Shown here: piece after piece, positions 31,852-47,399 of the stretch
Position numbering within the stretch: the first letter of the stretch is position 1
How the letters are laid out: every line of letters starts with the position of its first letter
NCBI GenBank assembly: GCA_964016885.1
Contig: OZ024740.1
Coordinates: 438,402,001-438,466,000 of the forward strand
DNA: 64,000 nucleotides
DNA from: Eledone cirrhosa
Taxonomy: Eukaryota
Reading direction: 5' to 3'
The notes under the pieces: generated by a model
The model's input: only the letters and a program-made list of their open reading frames with translations
What the model was told of the DNA's origin: nothing
Database searches by the model: none
Translations under genes and position numbers: made by a program

Positions 31852-34800
31852 CTTTATAGAACATATCTTTATAGAACAGACCTTTATAGAACATATCTTT
31901 ATAGTACATACCTTTATAGTACAAACCTTAATAGAACATACCTTTATAGAACATAGCTTTATAGAACACACCTTAATAGAACACACCTTTATAGAACATA
32001 GCTTAATAGAACATACCTTTATAGAACAGACCTTTATAGAACATACCTTTATAGAACATACCTTTATAGAACATACCTTTATAGAACACACCTTTATAGA
32101 ATAGACCTTTTAGAACATACCTCTATAGAACATACCTTTATAGAATACACCTTTATAGAACATACCTTTATAGAACATACCTTTATAGAATAGACCTTTA
32201 TAGAACATACCTTTTTAGAACACACCTTTATAGAACATACCTTTATAGAACACACCTTTATAGAACATACCTTTATATTACACAACTTTATAGTACACAC
32301 CTTTAGCGTACATACCTTAATAGAACATACCTTTATAGAACATATCTTTAGAGAATATATCTTTATAGAATAGACCTTTATAGAACATACCTTTATAGAA
32401 CACACCTTTATAATACATAACTTAATAGAACACACCTTTATAGAACATACCTTTATAGAACATACCTTTATAGAACACACCTTTATAGAATACACCTTAA
32501 TATAACATACCTTAATAGAACACACCTTTATAGAACTTATCTTTATAGTACATACCTTTATAGAACACACCTTTATAGAATATACCTTTATAGAATGTAC
32601 CCTTATAGAACACACCTTTATAGTACATACCTTAAAAGAACATACCTTTATAGAACACACCTTTATAGTACATACATTAATAGAACATACCTTAATAGAA
32701 CATACCTTTATAGAACATACTTTAATAGAACATGCCTTTATAGAACATACTTTAATAGAACATGCCTTTGTAGAACAGAACTTTATAGAACATACCTTTA
32801 TAGATATTACCTTTATAGGACATACCTTAATAGAACATACCTTTATAGAACACACCTTTATAGAACAGACCCTTATAGAACATACCTTTATAGAATATAC
32901 CTTTATAGAACAGACCTTTAGAGAACATACCTTTATAGAACACACCTTAATAGAACAGGCCTTTATAGAACAGGCCTTTATAGAACATACCTTTATAGTA
33001 CATACCTTTATAGTACATACCTTAATAGAACATGCCTTTATAGAAAATACCTTTATAGAACAGACCTTTATAGAACATACCTTTATAGAAAATACCTTTA
33101 TAGAAAATACCTTTATAGAACATACCTTTATAGAACATACCTTTATAGAACATACCTTTATAGAACACACCTTAATAGAACATACCTTTATAGAACATAC
33201 CTTTATAGAACATACCTTTATAGAACATAACTTTATAGAACATACCTTTATAGAACATACCTTTATAGAACATACCTTTATAGAACATACCTTTATAGAA
33301 CACACCTTAATAGAACATACCTTTATAGAACATACCTTTATAGAACATACCTTTATAGAAGATAACTTTATAGAACATACCTTTATAGAACATACCTTTA
33401 TAGAACATACCTTTATAGAATATACCTTTATAGAATATACCTTTATAGAACAGAACTTTATAGAACATACCTTTATAGAACATACCTTTATAGAACATAC
33501 CTTTATAGAACAGACCTTTATAGAACATACCTTTATAGAAAATACCTTTATAGAACATACCTTTATAGAACACACCTTTATGGATCATACCTTTATTGAA
33601 CATACCTCAATATAACATACCTTAATTGAACACACCTTTATAGAACACACCTTAATAGAACACAACTTTATAGACCATGCCTTAATAGAACATACCTTTA
33701 TAGAACATACCTTTATAGAACATACCTTTATAGAACATACCTTTATAGAACGCACCTTAATAGAACATACCTTTATAGAACATACCTTTATAGAACACAC
33801 CTTTATAGAACATACCTTTATAGAATATACATTTCTAGAACATACCTTTATAGAACAGATCTTTATAGAACATACCTTTATAGTACATACCTTTATAGTA
33901 CATACCTTAATAGAACATACCTTTATAGAACATATCTTGAAAAAAACTTACCTTTATAGAACATACCTTTATAGTACATACCTTTATAGTACAAACCTTA
34001 ATTGAACATACCTTTATAGAACATAGCTTTATAGAACACACCTTAATAGAACACACCTTTATAGAACATAGCTTAATAGAACATACCTTTATAGAACATA
34101 CCTTTATATTACACAACTTTATAGTACACACCTTTAGCGTACATACCTTAATAGAACATACCTTTATAGAACATATCTTTAGAGAATATATCTTTATAGA
34201 ATAGACCTTTATAGAACATACCTTTATAGAACACACCTTTATAATACATAACTTTATAGAACACACCTTTATAGAACATACCTTTATAGAACATACCTTT
34301 ATAGAACACACCTTTATAGAATACACCTTAATATAACATACCTTAATAGAACACACCTTTATAGAACATACCTTTATAGAACATACCTTTATAGAACACA
34401 CCTTTATAGAATACACCTTAATATAACATACCTTAATAGAACAGACCTTTATAGAACATACCTTTATAGATATTACCTTTATAGAAAATACCTTTATAGA
34501 ATATACCTTTATAGAACAGGCCTTTATAGAACATACCTTTATAGTACATACCTTTATAGTACATACCTTAATAGAACATGCCTTTATAGAAAATACCTTT
34601 ATAGAACAGACCTTTATAGAACATACCTTTATAGAAAATACCTTTATAGAAAATACCTTTATAGAACATACCTTTATAGAACATACCTTTATAGAACATA
34701 CCTTTATAGAACACACCTTAATAGAACATACCTTTATAGAACATACCTTTATAGAACATACCTTTATAGAACATAACTTTATAGAACATACCTTTATAGA

Positions 34801-37225
34801 ACATACCTTTATAGAACATACCTTTATAGAATATACCTTTATAGAATATACCTTTATAGAACATACCTTTATAGAACATACCTTTATAGAACACACCTTA
34901 ATAGAACATACCTTTGTAGAACATAACTTTATAGAACATACCTTTATAGAACATAACTTTATAGAACATACCTTTATAGAACATAACTTTATAGAACATA
35001 CCTTTATAGAACATACCTTTATAGAACATACCTTTATAGAATATACCTTTATAGAATATATCTTTATAGAACAGACCTTTATAGAACATACCTTTATAGA
35101 ACATACCTTTATAGAACATACCTTTATAGAACAGACCTTTATAGAAAATACCTTTATAGAACAGACCTTTATAGAACATACCTTTATAGAAAATACCTTT
35201 ATAGAAAATACCTTTATAGAACATACCTTTATAGAACATACCTTTATAGAACATACCTCTATAGAACACACCTTATGAGAACATACCTTTATAGTACATA
35301 CCTTTATAGTACAAACCTTAATAGAACATACCTTTATAGAACATAGCTTTATAGAACACACCTTAATAGAACACACTTTTATAGAACATAGCTTAATAGA
35401 ACATACCTTTATAGAACAGACCTTTATAGAACATACCTTTATAGAACATACCTTTATAGAACATACCTTTATAGAACACACCTTTATAGAACAGACCTTT
35501 ATAGAACATACCTCTATAGAACATACCTTTATAGAATAGACCTTTATAGAACATACCTTTATAGAACATACCTTTATAGAATAGACCTTTATAGACCATA
35601 CCTTTTTAGAACACACCTTTATAGAACATACCTTTATAGAACACACCTTTATAGAACATACCTTTATATTACACAACTTTATAGTACACACCTTTAGCGT
35701 ACATACCTTAATAGAACATACCTTTATAGAACATATCTTTAGAGAATATATCTTTATAGAATAGACCTTTATAGAACATACCTTTATAGAACACACCTTT
35801 ATAATACATAACTTTATAGAACACACCTTTATAGAACTTACCTTTATAGAACATACCTTTATAGAACACACCTTTATAGAATACACCTTAATATAACATA
35901 CCTTAATAGAACACACCTTAATAGAACTTATCTTGATAGTACATACCTTTATAGAACATACCTTTATAGAATATACCTTTATAGAATGTACCCTTATAGA
36001 ACACACCTTTATAGTACATACCTTAAAAGAACATACCTTTATAGAACACACCTTTATAGTACATACATTAATAGAACATACCTTAATAGAACATACCTTT
36101 ATAGAACATACTTTAATAGAACATGCCTTTATAGAACATACTTTAATAGAACATGCCTTTATAGAACAGACCTTTATAGAACATACCTTTATAGTTATTA
36201 CCTTTATAGAACATACCTTAATAGAACATAACTTTATAGAACACACCTTTATAGAACAGACCCTTATAGAACATACCTTTATAGAATATACCTTTATAGA
36301 ACAGACCTTTATAGAACATACCTTTATAGAACACACCTTAATAGAACATGCCTTTATAGAACAGGCCTTTATAGAACATAACTTTATAGTACATACCTTT
36401 ATAGTACATAACTTAATAGAACATGCCTTTATAGAAAATACCTTTATAGAACAGACCTTTATAGAACATACCTTTATAGAAAATACCTTTCTAGAAAATA
36501 CCTTTATAGAACATACCTTTATAGAACATACCTTTATAGAACATACCTTTATAGAACACACCTTAATAGAACATACCTTTATAGAACATACCTTTATAGA
36601 ACATACCTTTATAGAACATAACTTTATAGAACATACCTTTATAGAACATACCTTTATAGAACATACCTTTATAGAACATACCTTTATAGAACACACCTTA
36701 ATAGAACATACCTTTATAGAACATACCTTTATAGAACATACCTTTATAGAACATAACTTTATAGAACATACCTTTATAGAACATACCTTTATAGAACATA
36801 CCTTTATAGAATATACCTTTATAGAATATACCTTTATAGAACAGAACTTTATAGAACATACCTTTATAGAACATACCTTTATAGAACATACCTTTATAGA
36901 ACAGACCTTTATAGAACATACCTTTATAGAAAATACCTTTATAGAACATACCTTTATAGAACACACCTTTATGGAACATACCTTTATTGAACATACCTCA
37001 ATATAACATACCTTAATTGAACACACCTTTATAGAACACACCTTAATAGAACACACCTTTATAGACCATGCCTTAATAGAACATACCTTTATAGAACAGA
37101 CCTTTATAGAACATACCTTTATAGAACATACCTTTATAGAACGCACCTTAATAGAACATACCTTTATAGAACATACCTTTATAGAACACACCTTTATAGA
37201 ACATACCTTTATAGAATATACCTTT

Positions 37226-40200
37226 CTAGAACATACCTTTATAGAACAGATCTTTATAGAACATACCTTTATAGTACATACCTTTATAGTACATACCTTT
37301 ATAGAACATACCTTTATAGAACATATCTTGAAAAAAACTTACCTTTATAGAACATACCTTTATAGTACATACCTTTATAGTACAAACCTTAATAGAACAT
37401 ACCTTTATAGAACATAGCTTTATAGAACACACCTTAATAGAACACACCTTTATAGAACATAGCTTAATAGAACATACCTTTATAGAACATACCTTTATAT
37501 TACACAACTTTATAGTACACACCTTTAGCGTACATACCTTAATAGAACATACCCTTATAGAACATATCTTTAGAGAATATATCTTTATAGAATAGACCTT
37601 TATAGAACATACCTTTATAGAACACACCTTTATAATACATAACTTTATAGAACACACCTTTATAGAACATACCTTTATAGAACATACCTTTATAGAACAC
37701 ACCTTTATAGAATACACCTTAATATAACATACCTTAATAGAACACACCTTTATAGAACATACCTTTATAGAACATACCTTTATAGAACACACCTTTATAG
37801 AATACACCTTAATATAACATACCTTAATCGAACAGACCTTTATAGAACATACCTTTATAGATATTACCTTTATAGAAAATACCTTTATAGAATATACCTT
37901 TATAGAACAGGGCTTTATAGAACATACCTTTATAGTACATACCTTTATAGTACATACCTTAATAGAACATGCCTTTATAGAAAATACCTTTATAGAACAG
38001 ACCTTTATAGAACATACCTTTATAGAAAATACCTTTATAGAAAATACCTTTATAGAACATACCTTTATAGAACATACCTTTATAGAACATACCTTTATAG
38101 AACACACCTTAATAGAACATACCTTTATAGAACATCCCTTTATAGAACATACCTTTATAGAACATAACTTTATAGAACATACCTTTATAGAACATACCTT
38201 TATAGAACATAACTTTATAGAATATACCTTTATAGAATATACCTTTATAGAACATACCTTTATAGAACATACCTTTATAGAACACACCTTAATAGAACAT
38301 ACCTTTATAGAACATAACTTTATAGAACATACCTTTATAGAACATAACTTTATAGAACATACCTTTATAGAACATACCTTTATAGAACATACCTTTATAG
38401 AACATACCTTTATAGAATATATCTTTATAGAACACACCTTTATAGAAAATACCTTTATAGAACATACCTTTATAGAACATACCTTTATAGAACAGACCTT
38501 TATAGAAAATACCTTTATAGAACAGACCTTTATAGAACATACCTTTATAGAAAATACCTTTATAGAAAATACCTTTATAGAACATACCTTTATAGAACAT
38601 ACCTTTATAGAACATACCTCTATAGAACACACCTTATGAGAACATACCTTTATAGTACATACCTTTATAGTACAAACCTTAATAGAACATACCTTTATAG
38701 AACATAGCTTTATAGAACACACCTTAATAGAACACACTTTTATAGAACATAGCTTAATAGAACATACCTTTATAGAACAGACCTTTATAGAACATACCTT
38801 TATAGAACATACCTTTATAGAACACACCTTTATAGAACAGACCTTTATAGAACATACCTCTATAGAACATACCTTTATAGAATAGACCTTTATAGAACAT
38901 ACCTTTATAGAACATACCTTTATAGAATAGACCTTTATAGACCATACCTTTTTAGAACACACCTTTATAGAACATACCTTTATAGAACACACCTTTATAG
39001 AACATACCTTTATATTACACAACTTTATAGTACACACCTTTAGCGTACATACCTTAATAGAACATACCTTTATAGAACATATCTTTAGAGAATATATCTT
39101 TATAGAATAGACCTTTATAGAACATACCTTTATAGAACACACCTTTATAATACATAACTTTATAGAACACACCTTTATAGAACTTACCTTTATAGAACAT
39201 ACCTTTATAGAACATAATTTAATAGAACATGCCTTTATAGAACATACTTTAATAGAACATGCCTTTATAGAACAGACCTTTATAGAACATACCTTTATAG
39301 TTATTACCTTTATAGAACATACCTTAATAGAACATAACTTTATAGAACACACCTTTATAGAACAGACCCTTATAGAACATACCTTTATAGAATATACCTT
39401 TATAGAACAGACCTTTATAGAACATACCTTTATAGAACACACCTTAATAGAACATGCCTTTATAGAACAGGCCTTTATAGAACATAACTTTATAGTACAT
39501 ACCTTTATAGTACATACCTTAATAGAACATGCCTTTATAGAAAATACCTTCATAGAACAGACCTTTATAGAACATACCTTTATAGAACATACCTTTATAG
39601 AACATACCTTTATAGAACATAACTTTATAGAACATACCTTTATAGAACATACCTTTATAGAACATACATTTATAGAACATACCTTTATAGAACACACCTT
39701 AATAGAACATACCTTTATAGAACATACCTTTATAGAACATACCTTTATAGAACATAACTTTATAGAACATACCTTTATAGAACATACCTTTATAGAACAT
39801 ACCTTTATAGAATATACCTTTATAGAATATACCTTTATAGAACAGAACTTTATAGAACATACATTTATAGAACATACCTTTATAGAACATACCTTTATAG
39901 AACAGACCTTTATAGAACATACCTTTATAGAAAATACCTTTATAGAACATACCTTTATAGAACACACCTTTATGGAACATACCTTTATTGAACATACCTC
40001 AATATAACATACCTTAATTGAACACACCTTTATAGAACACACCTTAATAGAACACACCTTTATAGACCATGCCTTAATAGAACATACCTTTATAGAACAG
40101 ACCTTTATAGAATATACCTTTATAGAATATACCTTTATAGAACATACCTTTATAGAACATACCTTTATAGAACACACCTTAATAGAACATACCTTTATAG

Positions 40201-42202
40201 AACATAACTTTATAGAACATACCTTTATAGAACATAACTTTATAGAACATACCTTTATAGAACATACCTTTATAGAACATACCTTTATAGAATATACCTT
40301 TATAGAATATATCTTTATAGAACAGACCTTTATAGAAAATACCTTTATAGAACATACCTTTATAGAACATACCTTTATAGAACAGACCTTTATAGAAAAT
40401 ACCTTTATAGAACAGACCTTTATAGAACATACCTTTATAGAAAATACCTTTATAGAAAATACCTTTATAGAACATACCTTTATAGAACATACCTTTATAG
40501 AACATACCTCTATAGAACACACCTTATGAGAACATACCTTTATAGTACATACCTTTATAGTACAAACCTTAATAGAACATACCTTTATAGAACATAGCTT
40601 TATAGAACACACCTTAATAGAACACACTTTTATAGAACATAGCTTAATAGAACATACCTTTATAGAACAGACCTTTATAGAACATACCTTTATAGAACAT
40701 ACCTTTATAGAACATACCTTTATAGAACACACCTTTATAGAACAGACCTTTATAGAACATACCTCTATAGAACATACCTTTATAGAATAGACCTTTATAG
40801 AACATACCTTTATAGAACATACCTTTATAGAATAGACCTTTATAGACCATACCTTTTTAGAACACACCTTTATAGAACATACCTTTATAGAACACACCTT
40901 TATAGAACATACCTTTATATTACACAACTTTATAGTACACACCTTTAGCGTACATACCTTAATAGAACATACCTTTATAGAACATATCTTTAGAGAATAT
41001 ATCTTTATAGAATAGACCTTTATAGAACATACCTTTATAGAACACACCTTTATAATACATAACTTTATAGAACACACCTTTATAGAACTTACCTTTATAG
41101 AACATACCTTTATAGAACATACTTTAATAGAACATGCCTTTATAGAACATACTTTAATAGAACATGCCTTTATAGAACAGACCTTTATAGAACATACCTT
41201 TATAGTTATTACCTTTATAGAACATACCTTAATAGAACATAACTTTATAGAACACACCTTTATAGAACAGACCCTTATAGAACATACCTTTATAGAATAT
41301 ACCTTTATAGAACAGACCTTTATAGAACATACCTTTATAGAACACACCTTAATAGAACATGCCTTTATAGAACAGGCCTTTATAGAACATAACTTTATAG
41401 TACATACCTTTATAGTACATACCTTAATAGAACATGCCTTTATAGAAAATACCTTTATAGAACAGACCTTTATAGAACATACCTTTATAGAAAATACCTT
41501 TCTAGAAAATACCTTTATAGAACATACCTTTATAGAACATACCTTTATAGAACATACCTTTATAGAACACACCTTAATAGAACATACCTTTATAGAACAT
41601 ACCTTTATAGAACATACCTTTATAGAACATAACTTTATAGAACATACCTTTATAGAACATACCTTTATAGAACATACATTTATAGAACATACCTTTATAG
41701 AACACACCTTAATAGAACATACCTTTATAGAACATACCTTTATAGAACATACCTTTATAGAACATAACTTTATAGAACATACCTTTATAGAACATACCTT
41801 TATAGAACATACCTTTATAGAATATACCTTTATAGAATATACCTTTATAGAACAGAACTTTATAGAACATACATTTATAGAACATACCTTTATAGAACAT
41901 ACCTTTATAGAACAGACCTTTATAGAACATACCTTTATAGAAAATACCTTTATAGAACATACCTTTATAGAACACACCTTTATGGAACATACCTTTATTG
42001 AACATACCTCAATATAACATACCTTAATTGAACACACCTTTATAGAACACACCTTAATAGAACACACCTTTATAGACCATGCCTTAATAGAACATACCTT
42101 TATAGAACAGACCTTTATAGAACATACCTTTATAGAACATACCTTTATAGAACGCACCTTAATAGAACATACCTTTATAGAACATACCTTTATAGAACAC
42201 AC
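37226..42202 (-). other. Longest repeat-derived open frame (1,658 codons, mostly VCSIK-type pentamers); not supported as a real gene
   Basis: The frame is open because the monomer is 3n long and stop-free in this frame. There is no unique N- or C-terminus and no distinct start context, and it ends after a phase shift. The confidence given is for it being translated. Confidence 0.07.
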
Positions 42203-45200
42203 CTTTATAGAACATACCTTTATAGAATATACCTTTCTAGAACATACCTTTATAGAACAGATCTTTATAGAACATACCTTTATAGTACATACCTTTATAG
42301 TACATACCTTAATAGAACATACCTTTATAGAACATATCTTGAAAAAAACTTACCTTTATAGAACATACCTTTATAGTACATACCTTTATAGTACAAACCT
42401 TAATAGAACATACCTTTATAGAACATAGCTTTATAGAACACACCTTAATAGAACACACCTTTATAGAACATAGCTTAATAGAACATACCTTTATAGAACA
42501 TACCTTTATATTACACAACTTTATAGTACACACCTTTAGCGTACATACCTTAATAGAACATACCTTTATAGAACATATCTTTAGAGAATATATCTTTATA
42601 GAATAGACCTTTATAGAACATACCTTTATAGAACACACCTTTATAATACATAACTTTATAGAACACACCTTTATAGAACATACCTTTATAGAACATACCT
42701 TTATAGAACACACCTTTATAGAATACACCTTAATATAACATACCTTAATAGAACACACCTTTATAGAACTTATCTTTATAGTACATACCTTTATAGAACA
42801 CAACTTTATAGAATATAACTTTATAGAATGTACCCTTATAGAACACACCTTTATAGTACATACCTTAAAAGAACATACCTTTATAGAACACACCTTTATA
42901 GTACATACTTTAATAGAACATGCCTTTATAGAACATACTTTAATAGAACATGCCTTTATAGAACATACCTTTATAGAACATACCTTTATAGATATTACCT
43001 TTATAGAAAATACCTTTATAGAATATACCTTTATAGAACAGGCCTTTATAGAACATACCTTTATAGTACATACCTTTATAGTACATACCTTAATAGAACA
43101 TGCCTTTATAGAAAATACCTTTATAGAACAGACCTTTATAGAACATACCTTTATAGAAAATACCTTTATAGAAAATACCTTTATAGAACATACCTTTATA
43201 GAACATACCTTTATAGAACATACCTTTATAGAACACACCTTAATAGAACATACCTTTATAGAACATACCTTTATAGAACATACCTTTATAGAACATAGCT
43301 TTATAGAACATACCTTTATAGAACATACCTTTATAGAACATACCTTTATAGAATATACCTTTATAGAATATACCTTTATAGAACATACCTTTATAGAACA
43401 TACCTTTATAGAACACACCTTAATAGAACATACCTTTATAGAACATAACTTTATAGAACATACCTTTATAGAACATAACTTTATAGAACATACCTTTATA
43501 GAACATACCTTTATAGAACATACCTTTATAGAATATACCTTTATAGAATATATCTTTATAGAACAGACCTTTATAGAACATACCTTTATAGAACATACCT
43601 TATGAGAACATACCTTTATAGTACATACCTTTATAGTACAAACCTTAATAGAACATACCTTTATAGAACATAGCTTTATAGAACACACCTTAATAGAACA
43701 CACTTTTATAGAACATAGCTTAATAGAACATACCTTTATAGAACAGACCTTTATAGAACATACCTTTATAGAACATACCTTTATAGAACATACCTTTATA
43801 GAACACACCTTTATAGAACAGACCTTTATAGAACATACCTCTATAGAACATACCTTTATAGAATAGACCTTTATAGAACATACCTTTATAGAACATACCT
43901 TTATAGAATAGACCTTTATAGACCATACCTTTTTAGAACACACCTTTATAGAACATACCTTTATATTACACAACTTTATAGTACACACCTTTAGCGTACA
44001 TACCTTAATAGAACATACCTTTATAGAACATATCTTTAGAGAATATATCTTTATAGAATAGACCTTTATAGAACATACCTTTATAGAACACACCTTTATA
44101 ATACATAACTTTATAGAACACACCTTTATAGAACTTACCTTTATAGAACATACCTTTATAGAACATACTTTAATAGAACATGCCTTTATAGAACATACTT
44201 TAATAGAACATGCCTTTATAGAACAGACCTTTATAGAACATACCTTTATAGTTATTACCTTTATAGAACATACCTTAATAGAACATAACTTTATAGAACA
44301 CACCTTTATAGAACAGACCCTTATAGAACATACCTTTATAGAATATACCTTTATAGAACAGACCTTTATAGAACATACCTTTATAGAACACACCTTAATA
44401 GAACATGCCTTTATAGAACAGGCCTTTATAGAACATAACTTTATAGTACATACCTTTATAGTACATACCTTAATAGAACATGCCTTTATAGAAAATACCT
44501 TTATAGAACAGACCTTTATAGAACATACCTTTATAGAAAATACCTTTCTAGAAAATACCTTTATAGAACATACCTTTATAGAACATACCTTTATAGAACA
44601 TACCTTTATAGAACACACCTTAATAGAACATACCTTTATAGAACATACCTTTATAGAACATACCTTTATAGAACATAACTTTATAGAACATACCTTTATA
44701 GAACATACCTTTATAGAACATACATTTATAGAACATACCTTTATAGAACACACCTTAATAGAACATACCTTTATAGAACATACCTTTATAGAACATACCT
44801 TTATAGAACATAACTTTATAGAACATACCTTTATAGAACATACCTTTATAGAACATACCTTTATAGAATATACCTTTATAGAATATACCTTTATAGAACA
44901 GAACTTTATAGAACATACATTTATAGAACATACCTTTATAGAACATACCTTTATAGAACAGACCTTTATAGAACATACCTTTATAGAAAATACCTTTATA
45001 GAACATACCTTTATAGAACACACCTTTATGGAACATACCTTTATTGAACATACCTCAATATAACATACCTTAATTGAACACACCTTTATAGAACACACCT
45101 TAATAGAACACACCTTTATAGACCATGCCTTAATAGAACATACCTTTATAGAACAGACCTTTATAGAACATACCTTTATAGAACATACCTTTATAGAACG

Positions 45201-46646
45201 CACCTTAATAGAACATACCTTTATAGAACATACCTTTATAGAACACACCTTTATAGAACATACCTTTATAGAATATACCTTTCTAGAACATACCTTTATA
45301 GAACAGATCTTTATAGAACATACCTTTATAGTACATACCTTTATAGTACATACCTTAATAGAACATACCTTTATAGAACATATCTTGAAAAAAACTTACC
45401 TTTATAGAACATACCTTTATAGTACATACCTTTATAGTACAAACCTTAATAGAACATACCTTTATAGAACATAGCTTTATAGAACACACCTTAATAGAAC
45501 ACACCTTTATAGAACATAGCTTAATAGAACATACCTTTATAGAACATACCTTTATATTACACAACTTTATAGTACACACCTTTAGCGTACATACCTTAAT
45601 AGAACATACCTTTATAGAACATATCTTTAGAGAATATATCTTTATAGAATAGACCTTTATAGAACATACCTTTATAGAACACACCTTTATAATACATAAC
45701 TTTATAGAACACACCTTTATAGAACATACCTTTATAGAACATACCTTTATAGAACACACCTTTATAGAATACACCTTAATATAACATACCTTAATAGAAC
45801 ACACCTTTATAGAACTTATCTTTATAGTACATACCTTTATAGAACACAACTTTATAGAATATAACTTTATAGAATGTACCCTTATAGAACACACCTTTAT
45901 AGTACATACCTTAAAAGAACATACCTTTATAGAACACACCTTTATAGTACATACTTTAATAGAACATGCCTTTATAGAACATACTTTAATAGAACATGCC
46001 TTTATAGAACAGACCTTTATAGAACATACCTTTATAGATATTACCTTTATAGAAAATACCTTTATAGAATATACCTTTATAGAACAGGCCTTTATAGAAC
46101 ATACCTTTATAGTACATACCTTTATAGTACATACCTTAATAGAACATGCCTTTATAGAAAATACCTTTATAGAACAGACCTTTATAGAACATACCTTTAT
46201 AGAAAATACCTTTATAGAAAATACCTTTATAGAACATACCTTTATAGAACATACCTTTATAGAACATACCTTTATAGAACACACCTTAATAGAACATACC
46301 TTTATAGAACATACCTTTATAGAACATACCTTTATAGAACATAGCTTTATAGAACATACCTTTATAGAACATACCTTTATAGAACATACCTTTATAGAAT
46401 ATACCTTTATAGAATATACCTTTATAGAACATACCTTTATAGAACATACCTTTATAGAACACACCTTAATAGAACATACCTTTATAGAACATAACTTTAT
46501 AGAACATACCTTTATAGAACATAACTTTATAGAACATACCTTTATAGAACATACCTTTATAGAACATACCTTTATAGAATATACCTTTATAGAATATATC
46601 TTTATAGAACAGACCTTTATAGAACATACCTTTATAGAACATACCT
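40890..46646. repeat. Higher-order duplication, offset 3,046 bp (~40890-43600 repeated at ~43936-46646)
   Basis: ORF pairs 41709/44755, 42309/45355 and 42828/45874; A7 marker at 42342/45388. Confidence 0.88.
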
Positions 46647-47399
46647 TTATAGAACATACCTTTATAGAACAGACCTTTATAGAAAATACCTTTATAGAAC
46701 AGACCTTTATAGAACATACCTTTATAGAAAATACCTTTATAGAAAATACCTTTATAGAACATACCTTTATAGAACATACCTTTATAGAACATACCTCTAT
46801 AGAACACACCTTATGAGAACATACCTTTATAGTACATACCTTTATAGTACAAACCTTAATAGAACATACCTTTATAGAACATAGCTTTATAGAACACACC
46901 TTAATAGAACACACTTTTATAGAACATAGCTTAATAGAACATACCTTTATAGAACAGACCTTTATAGAACATACCTTTATAGAACATACCTTTATAGAAC
47001 ATACCTTTATAGAACACACCTTTATAGAACAGACCTTTATAGAACATACCTCTATAGAACATACCTTTATAGAATAGACCTTTATAGAACATACCTTTAT
47101 AGAACATACCTTTATAGAATAGACCTTTATAGACCATACCTTTTTAGAACACACCTTTATAGAACATACCTTTATAGAACACACCTTTATAGAACATACC
47201 TTTATATTACACAACTTTATAGTACACACCTTTAGCGTACATACCTTAATAGAACATACCTTTATAGAACATATCTTTAGAGAATATATCTTTATAGAAT
47301 AGACCTTTATAGAACATACCTTTATAGAACACACCTTTATAATACATAACTTTATAGAACACACCTTTATAGAACTTACCTTTATAGAACATACCTTTA

